NCBI GenBank assembly: GCA_965231815.1
Contig: OZ246890.1
Span: 1,692,888 to 1,756,887 of the forward strand
DNA from: Acidimicrobiia bacterium
GTDB lineage: Bacteria; Actinomycetota; Acidimicrobiia; Spongiisociales; Spongiisociaceae
Reading direction: 5' to 3'
Length of the DNA: 64,000 nt
The translations under genes were made by a program, and so were the position numbers. Shown in pieces: positions 51,663 through 61,391 of the stretch. Each line of letters starts with the position of its first letter. Position 1 is the first letter of the stretch. The notes beneath the pieces were generated by a model. That model searched no databases. It saw only the letters and a program-made list of their open reading frames with translations, and was not told the DNA's origin.

Positions 51663-52421
51663 ATGGGGTATGACACGAAACCGCCGGACGGATACGATGC
51701 TCGGGAATACCCCCCGGTCGCGGTCACCGTCGATATAGTCACCTTCACGATCGTCGACGACCAACTCCGGCTCCTGCTGGTCCGGCGCGGTCAGGATCCA
51801 CACAAAGGCCGTTGGGCCTTGCCGGGAGGCTTCGTACGTGATGACGAGGACCTTGAGACGGCGGCCCTGCGTGAGCTTCACGAGGAGACCGGGGTGGTTG
51901 TCGAGCCGCGCTATCTGGAGCAGTTGGGCACGTACGGCAACCCCGGACGCGATCCCCGGATGCGGGTGGTCACCGTCGCCTACTGGGCCATCCTCGCCAA
52001 CCTCCCTGAACTGCAGGGAGGAGGAGACGCCGCCGATGCGCGCCTGTTCCCGGTGATGATGGTCGAAGCCGACGCTCTCCAGCTGGCTTTCGACCACGGC
52101 AAGATCATCCGAGACGCGGTAGAGCGGGTGCGTTCCAAGCTTGAATACACCACCCTCGCGGCCCGGTTCTGCCCGCCGGAGTTCACTATCAGTCAACTGC
52201 GGAGGGTCTACGAAGCGGTATGGAACGCCCGTCTGGAACCGGCCAACTTTCACCGCAAGGTCAGGGGTACTCCGGACTACCTGCGCTCGACGGGGCATCG
52301 AACCGAACCGAGTCCGACCGGCGGGCGACCGGCCGAGAAGTACAGGACCGGAGACGCTCCATACATTTCTTCGCCGATCCGAAGGTCAGGGACCACCAAG
52401 AGGAAGCGTCCTCCCGGCTGA
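51663..52421 (+). CDS. NrtR-type Nudix hydrolase fused to a C-terminal winged-helix domain
   Basis: Intact Nudix box GGFVRDDEDLETAALRELHEETGV. C-terminal LAFDHGKIIRDAVERVRSKLEYTTLAARFCPPEFTISQLRRVYEAVWNARLEPANFHRKV is the NrtR wHTH pattern. Confidence 0.8.
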   Translation: MGYDTKPPDGYDAREYPPVAVTVDIVTFTIVDDQLRLLLVRRGQDPHKGRWALPGGFVRDDEDLETAALRELHEETGVVVEPRYLEQLGTYGNPGRDPRMRVVTVAYWAILANLPELQGGGDAADARLFPVMMVEADALQLAFDHGKIIRDAVERVRSKLEYTTLAARFCPPEFTISQLRRVYEAVWNARLEPANFHRKVRGTPDYLRSTGHRTEPSPTGGRPAEKYRTGDAPYISSPIRRSGTTKRKRPPG

Positions 52422-52906
52422 GCTCCGGCCCGCATTCATCCGGAAATGAGCCAGGTCGACGAATGCCCGACCGCCAGGAATCGTCCACCGGCGATGGCCA
52501 CCGCGCCATCCGCAATGAACTGGCATCCTGCGGGGTTGGGAGTCATCGATTCAAGATCACATCGGTCCTGGGACAGGTCCGTGAACTAACCGTGTCGACT
52601 GCGTGAGGATTCCGCTACAAACGGTCCTGCTCATTCGTTTCGGATCGGACGCGCCGTCTGCGCAGGATGATCAAACCAACACCGAGCAAGGCAATCAACG
52701 AAATACCGATAGCTAAGACTTGCCGGCCTTCTGCGTGGTTGCTTGGCGGATCCGGCGTTGGAATGGACCCGTCCGGTGGGTAGCCCATACCGAATACCCG
52801 CTCGAGTTCGCCCGTCGTCGGTCTCGGGTCGCAGTTCCTCAAGATAGAGATGCTTCCGGGTTTTGGTGTACCGGATCACTGTAGCTACCATGCAGCGTCG
52901 AAGCGG

Positions 52907-52981
<75 letters not shown>

Positions 52982-52990
52982 CGATCCGAA

Positions 52991-53022
52991 AAGACCCGGG
53001 CCCGCCCGGGTCTTTCCTTTTC
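52991..53022 (+). terminator. Rho-independent terminator after tRNA-fMet
   Basis: AAGACCCGGG-cccg-CCCGGGTCTT is a perfect 10-bp stem with a 4-nt loop, followed by TCCTTTTCC. Confidence 0.75.
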
Positions 53023-53430
53023 CGCGTATGGTGTGCTTGTCGCCGACGTGTTGCTAGTGTCCCGAGTCGGAAGTTCGCTGAAGGTTGCAGGTAACCACCC
53101 GGCGTGCTTCCGGTACAGACCCGGGTTAAGACCGCGAAAACCAAACTACCGGCATGGATCGCTCGCCGGTGGGTCCCACCCCCAACCGCCGCCTCCTCGG
53201 CGTCGAAACGCGTCCCGCCAACCCCTAGCCTGGCCAAACCATAGGCAAGGCAGAAGAAAAACCAAGATGATCCCAACCCCGGTCCGGTCGGTACCTGACC
53301 CAACCGTCGGTGCTTACGGTTACCAACCAGTATGCAGACCGGGTGTGACAGATTCCCCCGGCTGTCGGGTTACGCCCGTCGGAAAGATTTCGCGATCTCC
53401 CAAACACAAGCGAAACAACGATTCAGGACA

Positions 53431-53548
53431 CTAGGAGAGTGCTGAAAAACGAGTCTTTCGGGGTTCGGTGGTCGGCAAACCGCCTGGTCAGAGGGTTGCG
53501 GGTTAGCGGCTGAACTCCTTTGTGCGGGGTTTCTCAGCACTCTCCTAG
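53431..53548 (-). mobile_element. MITE-like repeat family 2, copy B (inverted)
   Basis: Its reverse complement aligns with 30302-30419 over the full length. Both termini carry the same G-to-A change (GGAGAGT / ACTCTCC). Confidence 0.9.
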
Positions 53549-53609
53549 CTTGTTGCTCTTCATTGCCATACATAACTGATCCCAGATATGTGGCTATTAG
53601 GCTTGCCGG

Positions 53610-54182
53610 ATGAACAAAGGCGGTCCCGAGTCCCAGGACAACCTGGTGGAATCCGTATTCGAGGCGATGCGTCGAAGGCGCATGCATCGGGTGTTCAAGC
53701 CCGAACTTCCGAGTCGGGACATTCTCGACAAACTGGTATATGCGGCAGGAAGGGCACAGGTCGCGCGTCCGGGGATACGCCATCTGATCGTCGTAACCGA
53801 TTCACGTCTGGTACGCACGGTACGCCAGGCATGTCCCGGCTTCGTCAACAACGCTCCCGCGCTCATAGTGATCTGCAGCGACCTCAACGAGGCTCAAGAG
53901 GTTATGGGTCCTCGAGGAGTTGAGATGGTTACTCGATTGGATGCGGGTGCATCCGCGGCTTTTGTCACTATCGCCGCCCCGGCCCTCGGGATCGGCGTGT
54001 GCAAGGTAACCAGCTGGACCGAGGAGGTCGTGCAAGCCATCTTCGGACTTCCACCTCACATCAGGCCGGAAGTTCTCATGGCGGCCGGGTACCCGGTGGT
54101 TAACCACCCCAAGCCCGTGAAAGGATTCCACCCCAGCGTTCACTACGATCGTTACGGGGAAGATCGGAGCGAGACCCGGTGA
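53610..54182 (+). CDS. Nitroreductase-family protein
   Basis: VFEAMRRRRMHRVFKPELPSRDILDKLVYAAGRA...LIVICSD...AGYP. Confidence 0.75.
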   Translation: MNKGGPESQDNLVESVFEAMRRRRMHRVFKPELPSRDILDKLVYAAGRAQVARPGIRHLIVVTDSRLVRTVRQACPGFVNNAPALIVICSDLNEAQEVMGPRGVEMVTRLDAGASAAFVTIAAPALGIGVCKVTSWTEEVVQAIFGLPPHIRPEVLMAAGYPVVNHPKPVKGFHPSVHYDRYGEDRSETR

Positions 54183-54499
54183 TCGATACCGTATCCGACG
54201 ACCCGCTCTTCGACTTCGTCCTATACCTGGTTACGTCCGCCCGGCTCACCCTGGATGAGCGGGCTATCTACGGCTCGTTCCGCCTAATAGAGGGCGCCAG
54301 CCGCCTCATCGAATCGGCCGAAGATGTCGAGGGGCTCGATCCTGACGGTTTCCTGCGGTCCATGCGCGACTCCATAGATCAGAACAAGGCACGGATGATG
54401 CTCGACAAGGAGGGCTTCCGGGAGTGGCTCACCGACCTTGCCGCCGGTATGGCTTCCGAAGCGGTGAAACGCAGTCTGGAAGAATCGCATGTGGGGTAA
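54179..54499 (+). CDS. Hypothetical small protein (possibly DUF6092-like)
   Basis: 4-nt overlap with the upstream gene. PLFDFVLYLVTSARLTLDERAIYGSFRLIEGASRLIE. The family assignment is from memory only. Confidence 0.5.
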   Translation: MIDTVSDDPLFDFVLYLVTSARLTLDERAIYGSFRLIEGASRLIESAEDVEGLDPDGFLRSMRDSIDQNKARMMLDKEGFREWLTDLAAGMASEAVKRSLEESHVG

Positions 54500-54582
54500 C
54501 GGCCGGGATCCGAGCAACACCTCGGCCTCGGGTTCCCATCAAGCCTTGTCGGTTAATGGTCTCCACGACCGGGGAAGGGCTG

Positions 54583-55902
54583 TCAGCGCGCCGCATCCAG
54601 CGCGCCGCGGATACCGTCTACGAGTTCGGTAACGCCCGCATCGTCGAGGATTAGCGGGGGAGAGATCTGGATGGCGTGCCCGAACAGTATCCGGGTAAGG
54701 ATCCCGTGGTCGCGCAGTGACCGTCCCACCCGGTCGGGCATTCCGGGATCATCCTCCACTGCGTCGAGGTTCAACTGCACCGCGGCCATCGCTCCGGCAC
54801 CCGAACGCACCTCGCCTACCAAGGGATGGTCGGATAGGGGATTGAGTCCGGTGGCCAGTTTGGCCTCCAGCCCGACCGCCGCCCGTACGATCCCTTCCCG
54901 CTCCATGATGTCGAGGTTGGCGTTGGCTGCCGCCGCTACCGTGGCATGTCCGGTATAGGTGTAGCCGTGACGCCACATCCCGGCGCCTCCTTCGAACCAC
55001 GGTTCGGCTATCCAGGGGGACACGATTACCGCCCCGAGAGGTAGGTATCCCGAGGTTATGCCCTTGGCGCAGGTGATGAGGTCCGGAGTCAGATCCCAGC
55101 GTTCGCTGGCGAACCACCTACCGGTTCTTCCGAAGCCGGTTATGACCTCGTCTGCAATAAACAGCACCCCGGCGTCCCGGCAGATGCCCCGTACTTTCTC
55201 GAGGTAACCGGGAGGAGGCCCCAGCACGCCACCGGCGCCTATGACCGGCTCGCATATGAACGCGGCCACGTTCTCGGCGCCCAATTCCTCCAAGGTCTCG
55301 ACGAGGTCGTCGTGTGAATCCCATCCGACTACGCGAGTGTCCGCCATCAGCTTTCCGTACCCGTCGAGGTTGGCGGAGATCCCGGCCACGCTTGTGCCGG
55401 CCGTGTGCATACCGTGGTACCCCCGGAATCGGCTCAGAATGTAGGTTCGTTGGGGTTGGCCCTTGACCTTGTGGTACAGGCGGGAGAGCTTGACGGCGGT
55501 ATCCACCGAGTCCGAGCCTCCGCTGGTCAGAAACGAAACGCTGCCGGGTACGGGGGCGATTTCGGAGATTCGCTCGGTGAGTTCCATGACCGGGGGGTTG
55601 GTCAGGTCACCGAAGGTGTGGTACGTCTCGAGCTGCTGCATCTGGCTGAACGCAGCCTGTGCGATCTCGGTACGGCCATGACCGATATTGCAGTACCAGA
55701 GGCTGGCGGTGGCGTCCAGATAGCGGCGACCCGCAGAGTCGTAAACGTAATAACCGTCGGCTCGCTCGAGGATCAAAGCCGAACCTCGGGTGATGGCCCT
55801 CATATCGGCGAACGGATGCCAGAATTTCGTCACGTTTACTCCCGAGCTGTCGGCTTCGCGATACTGCACCAAGACCCGGGCCAAGGACGAGGAAGGTTCC
55901 AT
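54583..55902 (-). CDS. Class III (omega) aminotransferase, PLP-dependent
   Basis: YVYDSAGRRYLDATASLWYCNIGHG...GYHG...FICEPVIGAGGV...LFIADEVITGFGRTG...ITCAKGITSGYLPLG. Confidence 0.9.
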   Translation of the reverse strand: MEPSSSLARVLVQYREADSSGVNVTKFWHPFADMRAITRGSALILERADGYYVYDSAGRRYLDATASLWYCNIGHGRTEIAQAAFSQMQQLETYHTFGDLTNPPVMELTERISEIAPVPGSVSFLTSGGSDSVDTAVKLSRLYHKVKGQPQRTYILSRFRGYHGMHTAGTSVAGISANLDGYGKLMADTRVVGWDSHDDLVETLEELGAENVAAFICEPVIGAGGVLGPPPGYLEKVRGICRDAGVLFIADEVITGFGRTGRWFASERWDLTPDLITCAKGITSGYLPLGAVIVSPWIAEPWFEGGAGMWRHGYTYTGHATVAAAANANLDIMEREGIVRAAVGLEAKLATGLNPLSDHPLVGEVRSGAGAMAAVQLNLDAVEDDPGMPDRVGRSLRDHGILTRILFGHAIQISPPLILDDAGVTELVDGIRGALDAAR

Positions 55903-56276
55903 GTGCCGACCGGTCGGGATAGTCGATCACCAACTACCGGTTCCGGTGCATGCGAACCGTGGAAACCTCGATTCGAATCGACCATGAGGTGGCGCCTCCG
56001 TACCGACTACAGGTTACCAAGCGGCATGATCGAGGATCAACAACGTATCCGGTCCCGGTTTCCAAGTCCTCCTGGTTGACCGACGTTGCCTGCTGCAGTG
56101 GGCGGTCTTTCTGCCTGAGGTGCTTTGAATGAGACGTACCCCATTGAGTCGTGGGCTCCCATGGGCCTCGTGTTGGTTGCCGGTGGTTCAGATTGTCTTC
56201 GATCAGGATTATTCTGTATGGAAACGGGCAGTACGGTAAGACCGGGTAGATGGCGGATATGAAGAGGTACGGGTAG

Positions 56277-56777
56277 ATGGCCGAACCGGATCCAAGCGAC
56301 CACATCGAGTGGAAGATCCACCAGTGGGAACAGATCCTTCCCGGAAGCGGCTTCGATCGGATCGAACCGGCGGCCCGCATCCTGCAGCTTGGCGCCGTGA
56401 TCGTCCGGGAGATGGACAAGATCGCCAAAGAGGAAGGGCTGATAAACCAGGGTGACTATCAGGTGCTGTCGATCCTGCGCATCAGTCACCATCTCGGTGA
56501 GGAGATGACCATTACCGACGTCGCCACCCGGCTCGGGTCAACCACCGCCACGATGGTCAATCGGGTGGACCGTCTCGAAGCACTCGGATACGTTAGGCGG
56601 ACCCCGCATCCCACCGACCGTCGAGCTCTGTACCTGGCCGTCACGCCCGAAGGTATCGCCTGCGTTCAGCGAATAGTTGTCCTGCGTACCCGGAGACGGG
56701 AACGGTGGCTTGCCTGCCTGACCGACGAGGAACGCGCCACCCTTACGGAGCTGCTCGGCAAGCTCGCCTCGGCGTGA
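56277..56777 (+). CDS. MarR-family transcriptional regulator
   Basis: QVLSILRISHHLGEEMTITDVATRLGSTTATMVNRVDRLEALGYVRRTPHPTDRRALYLAVTPEG. Confidence 0.85.
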   Translation: MAEPDPSDHIEWKIHQWEQILPGSGFDRIEPAARILQLGAVIVREMDKIAKEEGLINQGDYQVLSILRISHHLGEEMTITDVATRLGSTTATMVNRVDRLEALGYVRRTPHPTDRRALYLAVTPEGIACVQRIVVLRTRRRERWLACLTDEERATLTELLGKLASA

Positions 56778-56868
56778 TTGGCGGCCGAGGTATCAACAAC
56801 AGCAACCGGTTACCCATCCGTGGCTCGAGTCGGTTGCCCAAACCCGCGACAAAGTTGTGGGAAAAGGC

Positions 56869-57819
56869 TCAGGCTCTGGTCCGGAGCTCCTCGGTTAGCT
56901 TAGGAAGTACCTGATGGAGGTCACCGACGATCCCCAGGTCGGCAACCGAGAAGATCGGCGCTTCAGGGTCTTTGTTGATGGCCACGATGCGTTTGGAGTT
57001 CTTCATGCCCACCAAGTGCTGCATGGCTCCTGAAATACCGCACGCCATGTACACCTCGGGTTTGACGGTCTTTCCGGTCTGGCCTACCTGTTTTGCATAA
57101 GGTACCCACCCGGCGTCCACGATGGCGCGGGTGGCCCCGGTAGCGGCATGCAGGGGTTCCGCGACCGCCTCGATCAGGGCGTAGGACTCGGCGTCGCCCA
57201 ATCCTCTCCCACCGCTGACGATTACCTTGGCGTCACTGAGTTGGGGTCCCTCGGCCCGCTCCACGATCCGGTCGATCACTCTGGGTGACCCGGCATGGCC
57301 GGTTTCCGGCAGCGTGCGGGTTTCGGTCCTCGTCACCGAACCCCCCGTAGGCTCGGCGCTGAAAGACTTGGGCCGTATCAGAACCAGATAAGGAGCGGGG
57401 CCGGTGAAGGCGGTACGCACGATATGGCTCCCGCCGAATATCTCGCTGGTGACAGAGCAGTCTTCGTCGAAATCAAGACCCACCGCGTTGGAGATGATCG
57501 GGCGGTCGAGTCGGGCAGCCAGCCTTCCGGCCACATCCCGTCCCAGATAGGTCTGGGCGAACAGGATCGCCTGCGGAGTCTCCTCCTCAACCAAACCCTC
57601 CATGACGTGAGCAACTGCCGCGGCGGGGAGGTCGCTTCCGCCCTGCAGGTGGTACACCGTCCCGGCGCCGTAAGCTCCCAGCGTCTCGATCGCGGCGCCC
57701 GTTCCATCGCCCAGGTAGGCCACTGCTACCGGGCCTACGGAAGCGGCCTTCGTGATCACTTCGAGGGCGGACTCGCCCGGGCCGTCGTCCGCATGCTCCG
57801 CGAATACCAGTATCGACAT
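56869..57819 (-). CDS. etfA: Electron transfer flavoprotein subunit alpha
   Basis: [10 protein letters not shown]...[45 protein letters not shown]...[13 protein letters not shown]. Confidence 0.93.
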   Translation of the reverse strand: MSILVFAEHADDGPGESALEVITKAASVGPVAVAYLGDGTGAAIETLGAYGAGTVYHLQGGSDLPAAAVAHVMEGLVEEETPQAILFAQTYLGRDVAGRLAARLDRPIISNAVGLDFDEDCSVTSEIFGGSHIVRTAFTGPAPYLVLIRPKSFSAEPTGGSVTRTETRTLPETGHAGSPRVIDRIVERAEGPQLSDAKVIVSGGRGLGDAESYALIEAVAEPLHAATGATRAIVDAGWVPYAKQVGQTGKTVKPEVYMACGISGAMQHLVGMKNSKRIVAINKDPEAPIFSVADLGIVGDLHQVLPKLTEELRTRA

Positions 57820-58578
57820 CTATATCACCTTTGCTGTCTCTAGAAACTCGACAATCCTCAGATGGCCCGTCCCGTCGTCGGCGACGATTACCCCGGATTC
57901 CCGTTCCGACGCCGGAGTTACCGATACAACTTGCTGGCGGGGATCACCTCCGACCGCAAGGTCAGCGGAAGTAAGCCGGTCCACCGGCTTCTTCTTGGCG
58001 GCCATGATTCCTCGAAAGGTGGGGTAGCGGGGCTCCACCGCACCTGCGGTTACGGCCAGCAAGGCCGGTAGATCGGTCTCGACGACATCGGACCCGGCCG
58101 ACGTCTGGCGTTCGACTCTCAGGCCGGCCCCGGCGATCTCGATCTTGCGGGCGTAGGTCAGGGCCGGTACCTCGAGTAACTCCGCCATCATCTGGGGTAC
58201 GACCCCGGAGTATCCGTCGGTGGATTCGACACCGGCCACCAGCACGTCGAAACCCTCCCGCCGGGCGGCCGCGGCCAGTACCTTGGCGGTTGTCAACGCA
58301 TCGCTGCCGACGAGGCTCGGATCGTCGATGAGCACCGCCTTGTCAACCCCCATCGCCAAGGCTTGGCGGATTCCTTGCATAGTACCCGTCGGACCCATCG
58401 AGACCAGGGTTACCGAACCGCCCGTCTTCTCACCGAGTTGGAGACCCACCTCGATACCGTAGCGGTCGGTGTCATCCAGTATCTGTTCCGGTGGGCGTAC
58501 CAGACGGTGATTAGCCGGGTCTAGCGATGAGGGGGAGGCAGGGTCCGGGATCTGCTTTACACATACCACCACCTGCAT
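57820..58578 (-). CDS. etfB: Electron transfer flavoprotein subunit beta
   Basis: Start taken at MQVVVCVKQIPDP. Also VSMGP...QALAMGVDKAVLI...DVLVAGVESTDG. Confidence 0.92.
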   Translation of the reverse strand: MQVVVCVKQIPDPASPSSLDPANHRLVRPPEQILDDTDRYGIEVGLQLGEKTGGSVTLVSMGPTGTMQGIRQALAMGVDKAVLIDDPSLVGSDALTTAKVLAAAARREGFDVLVAGVESTDGYSGVVPQMMAELLEVPALTYARKIEIAGAGLRVERQTSAGSDVVETDLPALLAVTAGAVEPRYPTFRGIMAAKKKPVDRLTSADLAVGGDPRQQVVSVTPASERESGVIVADDGTGHLRIVEFLETAKVI

Positions 58579-58703
58579 GTTTGTGACTCCTTGTTTGGTA
58601 ATTGTCGTTGGGGAGGAGGGTAATGGACGATTCGTACCGTCCGGGCAAGCGGGAATCATAGCCGTGGACGTATCGGTCACCTAGGTGGGTACCCGAAAAC
58701 GGT

Positions 58704-58820
58704 CTAGGAGGGTGCTGAGAAACCCCGTACAAAGGGGTTCAGCCGCTAACCCACAACTCCATGACCAGGCGGTTTGCCGACCACCTAACCCCGTAAGACT
58801 CGTTTTTTGGACCTTCCTAG
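58704..58820 (+). mobile_element. MITE-like repeat family 2, copy C
   Basis: CTAGGAGGGTGCTGAGAAACCCCGTACAAAGGGGTTCAGCCGC... is near-identical to copy A. Intergenic between deoA and etfB. Confidence 0.9.
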
Positions 58821-58865
58821 GAGACAGTCACCCTCCGGGTGGCCGCCATGGTAGCGAGATCATAA

Positions 58866-60155
58866 TCAAACCTCGTCAATAATGAGCGGCCGGGGCGGTG
58901 GAGGCTCGCCGTTGATCCGGAATGCTTCCTGCGTCCTGGCCGAAGCCGCTCCGATCATCCGGTTGTCGTTGAATCGCAGGGTGGCGAGTTCGTCATCAGG
59001 CGAGACCCGGTCCCCGACCTTGACAGCCAGGGAAATACCTGCTGCGTGATCGATGTGGTCGTCCATGGTTTGCCGTCCGGCCCCGAGGCTCATAGCTGCC
59101 AGACCAATCTCCATGGCGTCGATCGACGCCACGTATCCTGCTTGCCGGGCAGCAACAGTGTGTGCCTGACCTGCTTTGGGGAGCAGGTCAGGGTGCGCCA
59201 CGACGGAAGGATCGCCGCCTTGGGCGCGGATCATTTCCTCGAGTTTCTCAAGTCCTGATCCCGACCCGATAGCCTCGTCGATACGTGAAGCAGGGTCATC
59301 GATAGCGGCTTCGTCAAGCATCCCCACCGCCAACTGCTTCACTAATGCGAGTAGGTCAGCGGGTCCGGTACCGGCAAGGACCGAGATTGCCTCCTTTATC
59401 TCGTTGGCGTTACCTACTTCGAAACCCAAGGGCTGATCCATGCGGGTGAGGTAGGCCCGCACTCGTGTCCCGTGCAACTCACCGATCCGTACCATGGCTC
59501 CGGCCAGTTCCCGTGCTCTATCCGTCGTTTCCATGAAGGCGCCGGCGCCGACCTTGATGTCCAGGACCAAAGCGTCCAGCCCCTCCGCCAGTTTCTTGGA
59601 CATGATCGACGAGCTGATGAGCGGGATCGAGGCCACCGTGGCTGTGGTATCCCGCAGGGCGTAGAGGATCTTGTCGGCCGGGACGATCCGTTCCGATTGG
59701 CCGGCTATCACCACCCCGCAGGTCTCCACCACCTCGGCGAACTCGGCAGGCGAGAGCGAGGTGCGGAAGCCTGGAATGGATTCCAGCTTGTCGAGAGTAC
59801 CGCCGGTATGACCCAGCCCACGTCCCGACATCATCGGAACTGCAACCCCACACGCCGCTACCAGGGGAGCGAGGCAGATGCTCACCTTGTCTCCCACCCC
59901 ACCGGTGGAGTGCTTGTCAACCTTGGGAATCGGGCTAGGTATGTCCAGACGATCCCCGGAGTCGATCATGGCGGTGGTGAAGTCGGCGAGTTCCTGGTCA
60001 TCCATACCCCGGAAGTAGATGGCCATGAGCATGGCGGCCGCCTGGTATCTAGGTATCGAACCGTCGACCACTCCCGCCAGGAAGCTCCGTATCTCGTTCG
60101 GATCCAGGAATCCCCCGTCTCGCTTGTGGCGAATCAACTCGCGTGTAGTGCGCAC
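58866..60155 (-). CDS. deoA: Thymidine/pyrimidine-nucleoside phosphorylase
   Basis: IRHKRDGGFLDPNEIRSFL...AAMLMAIYFRGM...DKHSTGGVGDK...SGRGLGHTGGTLDKLESIPGF. Confidence 0.93.
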   Translation of the reverse strand: MRTTRELIRHKRDGGFLDPNEIRSFLAGVVDGSIPRYQAAAMLMAIYFRGMDDQELADFTTAMIDSGDRLDIPSPIPKVDKHSTGGVGDKVSICLAPLVAACGVAVPMMSGRGLGHTGGTLDKLESIPGFRTSLSPAEFAEVVETCGVVIAGQSERIVPADKILYALRDTTATVASIPLISSSIMSKKLAEGLDALVLDIKVGAGAFMETTDRARELAGAMVRIGELHGTRVRAYLTRMDQPLGFEVGNANEIKEAISVLAGTGPADLLALVKQLAVGMLDEAAIDDPASRIDEAIGSGSGLEKLEEMIRAQGGDPSVVAHPDLLPKAGQAHTVAARQAGYVASIDAMEIGLAAMSLGAGRQTMDDHIDHAAGISLAVKVGDRVSPDDELATLRFNDNRMIGAASARTQEAFRINGEPPPPRPLIIDEV

Positions 60156-60170
60156 GTTTCTCTCAGATCC

Positions 60171-60467
60171 TCACCAATCGACAGCCACCCGGTTGCTTTC
60201 TACGGAGAACCCCTCGGACACCAAATGGCGAGCGTGTTCATCCTCCTTGCCGGGGACCAATCGTCCGGAAGCGGTCACCACCCGCCACCACGGCAAGCCG
60301 GTAGACCGGGCGAGGAGTTGTCCGACCGCGCGGGCCGCTCCCGGTCGCCCCACTTGGGCTGCGATCTGTCCGTAGGTGGTGATTTCACCGGTTCGTAACT
60401 CGGCGACAGCCAGATTGACTCGGTTGGCGAAGCCGGCCCGTTCATCGGCGGCCGACATGATGGTCAT
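60171..60467 (-). CDS. Alkyltransferase-like (ATL) protein: MGMT DNA-binding domain without the acceptor cysteine
   Basis: GEITTYGQIAAQVGRPGAARAVGQLLARSTGLPWWRVV. PWWR stands where MGMT has PCHR. ATGA overlap with the upp stop. Confidence 0.7.
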   Translation of the reverse strand: MTIMSAADERAGFANRVNLAVAELRTGEITTYGQIAAQVGRPGAARAVGQLLARSTGLPWWRVVTASGRLVPGKEDEHARHLVSEGFSVESNRVAVDW

Positions 60468-61084
60468 AACGTGGCGAACAGCCGGTCTCCCATATCGCCG
60501 AGACCAGGCACGATGTAGAAGTGGTCGTTTAGATGGGAATCGACGGCGGCTGTGACAACCATCACATCCGGATGTTCCTTCTCCATCCTCTCCACGCCTT
60601 CGGGCGCCGCCACCACGCACAGGGAGATGATGTGTTCAGCACCGGCGGCCTTGACCTGGGCCACCGCCCACGACAGGGATCCACCTGTAGCCAGCATCGG
60701 TTCGAGCACCAGCACGAGGCGGCCTTCCATAGGGGGGAACTTCGTGTAGTACTCGACCGGGCGGGCGGTCTCCTCATCACGTTGAACACCGGCGTAGCCG
60801 ACGGCGACATCGGGAACCAAGTCCATCACCGCATCGATCAGTCCCAGGCCCGCCCTGAGGACCGCCACAGCCACTACCTGCCGACCCAGCCTCCGCCCGA
60901 CCGACGTAGTCAGAGGCGTTTCCAGGCTGTACTCTTCGAGCGCGGCGTTGGCGGTGGCCTCCATAAGGAGGATGTATGCGAGGCGGCGGGACGTGTGACG
61001 GAACTCCTGCGGATCGGTCGACCGATCTCGGAGTATGCTCAAGTAGTGATGCCCAAGAGGGTGATCAACGACGGTGATTGCCAA
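60464..61084 (-). CDS. upp: Uracil phosphoribosyltransferase
   Basis: VLRAGLGL...YGVQRDEET..P..YY.KFP...LVLEPMLATGGS...VAAPEG...IVPGLGDMGDRLF. Confidence 0.93.
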   Translation of the reverse strand: MAITVVDHPLGHHYLSILRDRSTDPQEFRHTSRRLAYILLMEATANAALEEYSLETPLTTSVGRRLGRQVVAVAVLRAGLGLIDAVMDLVPDVAVGYAGVQRDEETARPVEYYTKFPPMEGRLVLVLEPMLATGGSLSWAVAQVKAAGAEHIISLCVVAAPEGVERMEKEHPDVMVVTAAVDSHLNDHFYIVPGLGDMGDRLFATL

Positions 61085-61391
61085 GACTTCTCCACGGATA
61101 CGCTAGGTTAGGGGCCGAAGGGTCGCTGATTGAGGAGGTCCACACCGAGACCGACTTTCGTCGGCCGGAGGCGGATCGACCATGCCGCCGTATCAACTGC
61201 CCTTCCAAGGCTGGAGGGTAGCGCATCCGTCCGATTCATGGTCGGTCGATGACCGCCGTCCTTCGGTTCGTCGATAATCGAAAGTTAACTACCGTGGGCG
61301 TCCGCACCGCGCCCTCCGTCCGGCGGAGGATCGGGCATATGGATGATGTGATCGACCACCGACCACGAAGACGAAAGGGAATATCGATACG

